Assembly (NCBI RefSeq): GCF_006345805.1
Contig: NC_043017.1
Coordinates: 27,900,001 to 27,964,000, forward strand
Direction of reading: 5' to 3'
Length of the DNA: 64,000 nt
Source: Octopus sinensis
Taxonomy: Eukaryota
Position numbers and translations under genes: made by a program. This document shows, in pieces, positions 54,420 through 64,000 of this stretch. The notes below the pieces were generated by a model. The model saw only the letters and a program-made list of their open reading frames with translations. It did no database searches and was not told the DNA's origin. Each line of letters starts with the position of its first letter. The stretch's first letter is position 1.

Positions 54420-55280
54420 CCCTGCGTATAAATAAATAAGTAAATAAATAAATATATATATACGCAGGAATGTTTATGTATATAATTATTTCTGAGTGCC
54501 TATATATACGTGTTAAATAATTGTATATATACATATATATACGCATGGATGTTTATGTATATAATTATATCTGAGGCGCAGGAGTGGCTGTGTGGCAAGT
54601 AGCTTGCTAACCAACCACATGGTTCCGGGTTCAGTCCCACTGCGTGGCATCTTGGGCAAGTGTCTTCTGCTATAGCCCCGGGCTGACCAATGCCTTGTGA
54701 GTGGATTTGGTAGACGGAAACTGAAAGAAGCCTGTCGTATATATGTGTATATCATATATTATATATATATATATATATAATATATATATATATATGTGTG
54801 GTGTGTGCGTCTGTGTTTATCCCCCTAGCATTGCTTGACAACCGATGCTGAGGTGTTTACGTCCCCGTCACTTAGCGGTTCGGCAAAAAGGGACCGATAG
54901 AATAAGTACTGGGCTTACAAAGAATAAGTCCGGGGTCGATTTGTTCGACTAAAGGCGGTACTCCAGCATGGCGCAGTCAAATGACTGAAACAAGTAAAAG
55001 AGTAAAAGAGAGTGCCTATATATACGTTATAAAATTGTATGTATATATATATATTATAATATATATACACGCATGGATGTTTATGTATATTATATTTCTG
55101 AGTGCCTATATATACGTGATAAATAATTGTGTGATATTATATATATAATATATATATATATTATATATATATTATATATATACATATATATATATACGCA
55201 TGATGCTTATGTATATAATTATTTCTGAGTGCCTATATATACATAATAAATAATTGTGTATATATATATATATATATATA
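54420..55280. repeat. ~80-110-bp minisatellite interrupted by a SINE
   Basis: ctgagtgcctatatatacg...acgcatggatgtttatgtatat units on both sides of the SINE. Confidence 0.8.
54575..55010 (+). mobile_element. SINE family 1
   Basis: Near-consensus copy. Confidence 0.9.
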
Positions 55281-55487
55281 CTGGATCCCAATGGAACATG
55301 AATTTATAAATATGTGTGTCAATATGATATAAAGCTTTTCAAAGACTGCTCAATGGAAGAACGCCAATAATATCTACAGGAGTTGTTGATTCGTGTCTCA
55401 CTGGAAGCCGTGAATATTTTAGCATCCGAAAGGATTTTTAAATACAAGTTAACATGTTGTTATTTATAGATTTATGCTTCAAAAGTA

Positions 55488-56049
55488 CAGGAGTTGGACA
55501 AAATAATGGAAACACCAAGCATCATAATTTGGGAATATGTATAAAACCCTCAGAAGCTTGTTTATTTTTACGTGTTTTGATATATTGTTAGGCTTGCTTA
55601 ATATGTTTTTGCTAAAATGTCTGTTTCTTTTCAGATATCGTTAGAAAAAGGTAATAAAAATTTATTAAAATTACATATCTATCCGACTTTCAAAGACGTC
55701 TGTTTGTTGGTGTTCGTATGGCAGGCATTAGTATAACGAAAACAGCCGAAATGTTTGGTGTTTCAAGAAGTACTATCTCGAAAGTAATGAGAGTCTTTGA
55801 GAAAGAGTGAAAAACCTCCTCGTCGAAACAAAACACCGGAAGAAAATCAAAACTTTCAGATAAGGACCGTTGGATTCTTACGCGAATTATTAGAAAGGAT
55901 CGCAAAAGTATTGCTCCCAAAATTACTGCAAAGCTTAATGTCTACCACGAGAGCTCAATTTCTGCAAAAGCTGTTCGCCAGGAGCTGCACAAAGCTGGAT
56001 TTCATGGGTGGGCTGCAATCGGAAAATCACTACTTTCAAAACAAACGTT
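55488..56049 (+). mobile_element. Tc1/mariner DNA transposon, left portion
   Basis: TA|CAGGAGTTGGACAAAATAATGGAAACACC Tc1-type left TIR followed by the transposase N-terminus; ends at a SINE. Confidence 0.85.
55670..56047 (+). pseudogene. Tc1 transposase N-terminal paired-like HTH region
   Basis: ITYLSDFQRRLFVGVRMAGISITKTAEMFGVSRSTISKVMRVFEKE*KTSSSKQNTGRKSKLSDKDRWILTRIIRKDRKSIAPKITAKLN...AVRQELHKAGFHGWAAIGKSLLS; presumed start reads ATT, stop at 55808-55810, no DDE domain. Confidence 0.9.
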
Positions 56050-56307
56050 TTGAACGTAGCGGCAGACGAAATACCTATTTCTTTATTACCCACAAGGGGC
56101 TAAACATAGAGGGGACAAACAAGGACAGACATAGGTATTAAGTCGATTACATCGACCCAGTGCGTAACTGGTACTTAATTTATCGACCCCGAAAGGATGA
56201 AAGGCAAAGTCGACCTCGGCAGAATTTGAACTCACAACGTAACGACAGAGGAAATACCGCTAGGCATGTCGCCCGGCGTGCTAACGTTCCTGCCACCCCG
56301 CCACCTT
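56050..56307 (-). mobile_element. SINE family 2 plus the start of a second unit
   Basis: Reverse complement; junction aaagaaata|ggtatttcgtctgccgctacgttc. Confidence 0.9.
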
Positions 56308-57223
56308 CAACATCACAATATTCGTTGCCAGTATAAAACAGAATAAGTTCTAAGAACAAACCTAAGAAAAATATCTCCCGATATATGAAATTGCATCCAT
56401 CTTCCGACCATGAATTTGTGCTCAAATATTACCTCATCGCCGTAACTCCCAATTGATTAAATAAATTACCAAGAAATGAATTCCTATGCAATGTTTACTA
56501 TAGTTCACCCCACCCCCCCCCACTATATTAAATGGTTCTAAAAGTTGTTGAATGTATCTTTCAGAGAAGTATTACAGATGTTCATTTTTGCGCAAAAGTT
56601 CAAAATAGATGAATTCTTGACGCCCATTCGTTCTATATTTATTGATAGCTTACAGGTCCCAGCTGACAAAAACAGAATATTTCCTAAGTGATGAATTTCC
56701 AATAAACAGAAATACGTTGATATAAAACCTCCATCAGTTGTGTTAAATTTATATCAAAACTAACTACATATATAAACTACTTCCTCTCCCGTATTCATTT
56801 ATATTTTGCATTTTAGAGACGTATATCTATGTGAAAAGATTTATATATTAGTTGAACTGAATATAAAGATTCACTATCTTATCTTATCTACTTACTCGTT
56901 GTCTTGGAATCCAATTAACACTTGACTAAACATTTTAATTTGGTAACAAACACTTACTTTTTATATTTTTTGTCACGATTCTCCTTAATATCAGTGACGT
57001 CATAGAAAACATAATTTCGATTCGAAAGACCTCCATTTACAATATGCGTGTGAATTCATATCTGAATACACAGACAACACTCCTACACACACACAGATAT
57101 AATGCATATTTGAATATATATATATATATATAGTCGCCATGATAGATCGTTCGCCACAACATACATTTTTTCTCTCCCTTTTTCTCTCTTTGTTTTTTTC
57201 TCTCCATGTTTTTTCCGTGTCCC

Positions 57224-57257
57224 TTTCTGTAGAAGAGCGCAGGCTCGAAACGTAAAA
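57224..57257 (+). ncRNA. Degenerate minimal hammerhead motif (family A) in a (TA)n-embedded repeat at ~57133-57348
   Basis: ttt-CTGTAGA-a-gagc gcag gctc-GAAA-cg-TA-aaa; downstream flank homologous to the 37.0-kb copy. Confidence 0.45.
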
Positions 57258-57385
57258 CACTTTTTCTATTCCTGAGCGTTTTACTAATACATCTGTTCGT
57301 ATTGTACACCACCTGTCTTCGTCTTTTGTTTTTTTCGTAAACTTTCCCTATATATATATATATATGACAATTATTGGGTAACCAT

Positions 57386-57446
57386 GATAAATCTCCGAGA
57401 TTCGGATGCCAAAGTGGAAATCCACGCCGCCATCTCTTCAGTTATC
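57386..57446 (-). ncRNA. Type I hammerhead motif (family C, copy 2; 15.1/16.1 pair swapped)
   Basis: Minus strand: gataa-CTGAAGA-gatg[gcggcgtggatttccactttgg]catc-c-GAAT-ctc g gag-AT-ttatc. Confidence 0.55.
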
Positions 57447-57560
57447 CGGCCATCGGAAAAATACTACAGATTAAATGTCACATATTAGATTTACAGAATA
57501 ATTCCTCTATTTCCATAATATCGAGGTCTCTTTCATTCTTTTATTGTCTTACCATTTTTA

Positions 57561-57601
<41 letters not shown>

Positions 57602-58339
57602 TCACACATACACTGTGTGTATGTGTATACGCGTGCTTGTGTTTGTGGTGTGTGTGCGTGTAAGTCTGTGCCTTTGTATGGATGTGCATTTATAAGTACA
57701 CTCCGTAACATGAACCCAAAGGGGACGCAGGTCATGCGAATAACCATAATTAGAAATAGGTGGAGTATTTTCCCCCCAAAGTGTTATCATTAACAAATGT
57801 TCACATATGTATATTGTGAAGAATTTGAAGCTCTGACTTCCCAGTCTATACAGTAAAAGAATATACGTAAAAATGTCGGCCGTTACCTGAATAAAGTGCA
57901 AAATTACATATGTTTAGCTGGCAGCAAATATATATACACACTCATAAAAATTACAACCTAGACGCACAAACACACACACATACCCACGCATATACACACG
58001 TACAATCACACGCACCGACACACACAAGCACGCATGTATACATAAATGAATGGGGCAATTTGTCATGTCGCGATGGAATAATAAATGTCAGTATTACATT
58101 TAACTACTCCATATGCCCACTGCTTTGTACATAATTAATTCGCCATACACATTAATATGGGAAGAGCGCAACTTTAATAAACATCTAAACGTAACACTCA
58201 CGACAAAACATTCTCATGCACATATATACACACAAGTTCTCCATAACATATATAACAATTTGTGGGTGTATACCATTTTGAAAATCCGTGCGTTGCTCTA
58301 TGGCCACTCTCTGTGTATATACATATATAATTATATATA

Positions 58340-58751
58340 TATATAATCATATCAGTGCGTGCGTGTATTTATGTGTATATATGTATATATATATTATATA
58401 TACATTATAATATATATATATATGTATATATATATTATATATACATTATAATATATATATATATATATTGTATATTATATATATATTATATATATATTGA
58501 TATATATCATCATATCAGTGTGTGCGTGTTATTTATCTGTATATATATATGTATATTATATATACATTATAATATATATAGATAATTTATATAAAATCAT
58601 ATCATTGTGTGCGTGTATTTATCTGTATATATATATATGTATATTATATATACATTATAATATATATATATATTTATATAAAATCATATCAGTGTGTGCG
58701 TGTATTTATCTGTATATATATGTATGTATATTATATATACATTATAATATA

Positions 58752-58790
<39 letters not shown>
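58340..58790. repeat. AT-rich minisatellite
   Basis: atcatatca(g/t)tg(t/c)g...gtatattatatatacattataat, about 4 units. Confidence 0.85.
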
Positions 58791-58792
<2 letters not shown>

Positions 58793-59142
58793 CCTTTTTG
58801 TAGCCTAGCATGTATGTATTTTCATATGCATGTACGTATATATGAAACGACATGTGGTCTAACGAGTTGTGTAATGAGACACAAGAAGTGAATGCAAAAT
58901 TCATAACTGATGGAATAAAGCCATAAAATAAAGCAATATGGCGCATACTTAGAAACATGCGCTGGCGGATATTTTGTCTAAATGTGTATATAATGGGATT
59001 TTATATTTCTGTTACTGTCTATATAGTATGTACTTGAAAGGGGTGCGTTTAGAACATAGATGTTTACGAGACTGCTTGCTGAAAGTAGTATCGTGTATAG
59101 AGAGGAACAGACATATTCATTTACATATGAATATATGCATGC

Positions 59143-59193
<51 letters not shown>

Positions 59194-59977
59194 CATATAA
59201 ATATGTACATGTATATATGTATGTATTTATATATCTATGTTTGTATGTATATATATATATATACACACACACAAAATATATGTATATGTACATTTTTATA
59301 TATATATCTATGTATGTATGTATATATATATATATATATACACACACACAAAATATATGTATATGTACATTTTCATATATATATATCTATGTATGTATGT
59401 ATAATATATATATATACACACACAAAATATATGTATATGTACATTTTTATATATATATATATATATATGTGTGTGTATATATATATATGTTGAGAGCGAA
59501 GAGAGGGAGAGACATAGAGAAAGATCGGTAGATGGATAGACAGATAGATAAATATGTAGATATATAGATATAGAGATAGAGAAAAGCACACGTACATATA
59601 TACATTCATACATATTTATTTTTATGTCTCTTCGTGTCACACTATGCATATGTGCGTGTGTAAGTATATACTCACGTATGCACACACATGCACGCACTCA
59701 CATAAATATATTCATTCATAGCCAAACACACTGAAGGTAAAGTATTTGATCTTTTGTTAAAGGGAATATCGATTCACTCATTACAAAACTGTCTCTAATT
59801 TCACTGAAAGTAATATTAACTGACGATGACTGTGAGAGAGAATTCTGCTTTCATATTACATTCCTGGTTCAGAGAATCATGGAATACCAGTGACATAAAT
59901 GAAATTTGAGAAACAGTTTGGGTAAAAGAAAAAAAAAAGCCAAAGATATATTTATAGTTAACTACACACGTGTGCAA

Positions 59978-60041
<64 letters not shown>

Positions 60042-60256
60042 TAACACTACACACACACACAACACATACAATCATGCATATATATATAATATATATAGAT
60101 AATATATATATATATTATATATATATATAGATAATTCTTCAGCGTAGTGCCCCATCGTGACCGCAGTGTAATCATTCGAACCTGCAAAAGATATATATGT
60201 GCACGTACAAACATACATACTTATATATAGATATGTATGTATCTCTCTCTCTCCTC

Positions 60257-60305
<49 letters not shown>

Positions 60306-61430
60306 ATATACATTTATATATGCAATTAAGTAGTCAATGAGCAGAAGTCACTCAATCTTAGCCTGCACGAGATGGGGTTTTGTAGGGATCCTACGAAACA
60401 TTAAGTTTTGCAATATAATAATGATAAAAATAATAATGATTATAATAATAATTGATCATATATCTGTGTCTATGTATGTGCATGTGTGTATATATGTATA
60501 TGTGCATGTGTGTATATATGTATATACGTGTGTGTGTATAAATGTGTGTGCGTGAATTTACGTATCTATGCATGCACCTAAGCATGCCCGTACCTAAACT
60601 CAGAACTATACATATGTATGGGTGTGTATGTGTGTGCATGTATTTGTGTATGTATGTATGTATATACGTACATTGCTATAAATACCCATACCAAAATTTG
60701 GATACATAGGAAGACACGTTCACACAACCTGATAGACACCCCCCCCCCACCCACACACACATATATGTATGTTTGCATGAACATATCTATTCATATTATT
60801 TATATGTGTATGTGTGTATTTGGGATTAAATGCATATATGATTGTATGTGTGTGTAGATAATTAATTTCGGCATCACTTGGAAATGTTTATGGAATTCTT
60901 AATCTGTAGCCCTGTCTAATTATTCCAGATGCTAGATCAGTCATTGCTACAAACTAGTAAAGCGAGATATCAATGACCCGGAAGCGGGGGTCAGGAGAGT
61001 TCTGCTCCTACGCTAGAACACTAATCATTTTGTGGTGTTTTGTGGTAGAAGCTAAACTGATGTATTATATCCAAGTACAGAAAATGCCTCCCAATCATAG
61101 TATAGAACCCACGATTTTATAATCTTAAAACCAGCAGCCTAACACATGTTATATGTAGTTTGAAAGGTGTTGACTTTTGTCTTCGTTTCCAATTTTCTGC
61201 TGATGAATCGCATATATGCGTTGATTTGATGGAGCAGACATATGTGTAACGATCCGGTTTCTATTTCCAAATTCACTTTCAAATTGTTGTGCATGTTTTG
61301 AGTATGATGGATTCTCTCTTTGCACTTGGCGATCGAATGTGTAGATTGTCTTCGGGTGTTTCGAATGGATGTGCGTGTGTGTTTCTGTGTGTTAGGTGCA
61401 TATATATATATATATATATATATACATACA

Positions 61431-61461
<31 letters not shown>

Positions 61462-62547
61462 GTGTGTGTGTGTATATATATGTGTGTGTGTATGTGTGTA
61501 CATATATATGTGTATTTATATATATATATGTGTTATATATATGTGATATATATATAAATATGATCTTATATATATATATGCATATATATATATATATATG
61601 CATATTTATATATGTATGTATGTATATATGTGTATATATATGTATGCATATATATATGTATGTATATATATATGTGTATATATATATATATGCATATATA
61701 TATGTGTATATATATGCATATATATATGTGCATATATATATATATGTCTGTATATATATATATATATATATATACACGAGAAATTTCAAAAGTGCGCAAA
61801 AGTAGAAAAAAAAAGAAAGGTTGGAAGAGACAAGCAGAGACAAGTGTGATGGTTATAGATAGGAAACAGTGAGTAAAAGGGAAAGATTGAGAAATAGAGA
61901 ATCTGGAATGGAGAATGGTTGGGAGAAATAAGTACAAAGAATTACATTTTATGAGAAAGTCACTGAGAAAAATAACAGAGAACCAATTGTGATATTTGTT
62001 AAATGAAAGAAGGAAATTAGCAGTTTAGCTAACGTAACGTGATATTCACTCCGTTGGATGATTTATGTTGAATTTCCATTCTACTAAAACGATTTAGCTG
62101 ACGCTGCACGAATGAATATACGCATGGCTTCCTTCAATCGTAAACCAGCGTTTCATTGGGTGTTCGATATTATTTGCAAGGGAGATTATCGGCCTGCTTT
62201 GCAATTCATAAAATATCTAGAGAAATCGCAGGCACTGCTGTGTGACTAAGATATTCGTTTCTCATGTACACAATCTCTTGCAAATGGAGAGATTCAATGA
62301 ATATTAATTAATTAATTAATTAATTAATCAATTAATTAATGAATCAATTGTAGGCGAGCTTAAAAATAATGCTTGATAGTTTCAAACTTAATAATAATAA
62401 ATTGATCTTTTATAATATATTTCTTAAACCAGTGTATCTTGGATAAACATATCACTATATGAGGTCTAAATATCCTCATAGTGACAAATAAAAACTAATA
62501 TATATATATACATATATATATACATACATACACAACACACATATGTA

Positions 62548-62864
62548 GATCCGACAATGGAACAGCCTGCTCGTGAATTTAACGTGTAAGTGACTGAGCA
62601 TTCCACGGACACGTTTACCCTTAACGTAGTTCTAGGGGAGATTCAGCGTGACAAGGCTGGCTCTTTGAAACACAGATACAACAGAAACAGGAAGAAAGAG
62701 TAAGAGAAAGTTGTGGTGAAAGAGTACAGCAGGTTGCGCCCCCTCCCATCGCTGGCGGATTCTCATGGAACTTTAAGTGTTTTCTCTCAATAAACGCTCA
62801 CAACGCCCGGTCTGGGTATTGAAACCGCGAGTCCGCCGTCCTAAACATTGGGCCATTGCTTCTC
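62548..62864 (-). mobile_element. tRNA(Arg)-like SINE family 4b (head shared with 53098, different 3' half)
   Basis: Minus strand: ggagaagcaatggcccaatgtttaggacggcggactcgcgg...gtttattgagagaaaacactt...cacaactttctcttactctttc, then a 3' domain unrelated to 4a. Confidence 0.7.
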
Positions 62865-62909
62865 CTCTCTCTCTCTTTCTCTTTCTGTATATATATATAT
62901 ATATATACC

Positions 62910-63032
62910 TTATTTAAAAGCAGCGGAAATTCAACAAAAGCTGTTACTCGGAGTTTCACGTTCCTGTCCGACGAACGGGAACGGGAAACTCCGAGTAACA
63001 GCTTTCGTTGAATTTCTGCTGCTTTTAAATAA
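62910..63032. repeat. 58-bp-arm inverted repeat (4 mismatches, 7-nt loop)
   Basis: 62910-62967 pairs with 62975-63032; loop is ccgacga. Confidence 0.95.
62964..63001 (+). ncRNA. Minimal type I hammerhead motif (family D)
   Basis: ctgt-CCGACGA-acg ggaa cgg-GAAA-ctc c gag-TA-acag; predicted cleavage after A62997 (GUA). Confidence 0.65.
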
Positions 63033-63139
63033 AGCATATTACTCTACTCCTGGTAATTGAGTACTCTTTTTTCCACCTTGTTTCACATTCATGTGTTTAC
63101 TCTGCTATAAATATATATATATATATATATATATACACG

Positions 63140-63300
63140 CACTACTTTTATTTTCACTTTCCGTCTATCAAATCCATTCACATCGCATTGGTCGGCCCGA
63201 GGTTGTTGTAGAAAGACACTTGCCCAAGATGCCATGCAGTGAGAGTGAACCCGAAACCCTGTGGTTGGGAAGTAAGCTTCGGTACAATCATCCTCCCCTG
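63140..63300 (-). mobile_element. SINE family 1, 5' half, diverged
   Basis: ttccgtctatcaaatcca...gacacttgcccaagatgccatgcagtg. Confidence 0.8.
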
Positions 63301-64000
63301 CTATGTACAAACTTTAATAGTCTTTCACTTCTTTCGTTTGTCCAATCATCATAATTCTCTTATTATTATTATTATTATTATTATTATATTATTGTTAGTC
63401 TAAATGTAAAACATCAATTTTTATACTCAAACACTTTAATTAGACGACAAATTTTAAGAATTTAAACTTTTTAATTTTATCGTAATCGCTTGGTGATTTG
63501 TTTTGACATATTCCATTTTGTTTAGAGCCATAAATTAGCATAAAGCACTATAGGAATATATGAATAAATTTAATTAACAATATTAAAATTTAAAACAAAA
63601 TACAATTGATAATTTGTCATCGCACAAAATAATATTTATTTGTTATGTGCATGCGTGTCACTATACTTGAATAGCAGTACGTGTGCAGATCTAAATGTGA
63701 AAAATTGTAAATGCGTCCAAACAAAAGTACGTATTTGCGTACGTATTTTTATGTGTATACACGTGAAATTCGAATGATTTGAATAATTGCAAGCAAGAAA
63801 ATCAGAGTAAGGAATTAAAAGTTTCCCCTGTATCTATACATACGTAGTTATAAAACTACCTGCCAACCAATCTACCTACCTCCTTGGCTACAAAACGCAG
63901 AGGATTAGTAGAATGGATCCTTAGAAATTTCACAACGGATGAACAGGAAACTATGATAGTCCCTTGAGGGACATTTGTCCTTGTCTTTTAGATCATTGTT

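Noticed and set aside
55797-56141. 114-aa ORF from the track
   Set aside because: Off-frame reading of the Tc1 transposase relic running into a SINE
61200-61240. CTGATGA followed by a hairpin
   Set aside because: No GAAA, stem III or cleavage triplet follows; not a hammerhead
724-63354. Numerous ORFs rich in YI/CV/HT, poly-L, poly-I or poly-N/S
   Set aside because: They are translations of dinucleotide or triplet microsatellites and SINEs, with no domain-like content

Overview
AT-rich, microsatellite-dense eukaryotic DNA with one 100-N gap (26816-26915). The SINE repertoire suggests a coleoid cephalopod, probably Octopus; this is recognition from memory, not a database result. I found no intact host protein-coding gene, tRNA or rRNA, and nearly all listed ORFs are translations of (TA)n, (CA)n or triplet repeats. 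Identifiable content: about 30 copies of two tRNA-derived SINE families (two as head-less ~185-bp tandem arrays), three rarer SINEs, four non-autonomous Helitrons, a truncated Tc1 transposon (left TIR plus DNA-binding-domain pseudogene), and two RTE-clade LINE 3' fragments, one strongly BovB-like. The most interesting signal is a set of eight minimal type I hammerhead ribozyme (HHR) motifs in four unrelated short repeat families. They sit in or beside (TA)n tracts, often as tandem or head-to-head inverted copies, as expected of Penelope-like pseudo-LTRs or retrozymes. They include a 355-nt HHR-to-HHR unit and a 58-bp hairpin whose loop is exactly the ribozyme core. SINE boundaries are approximate.
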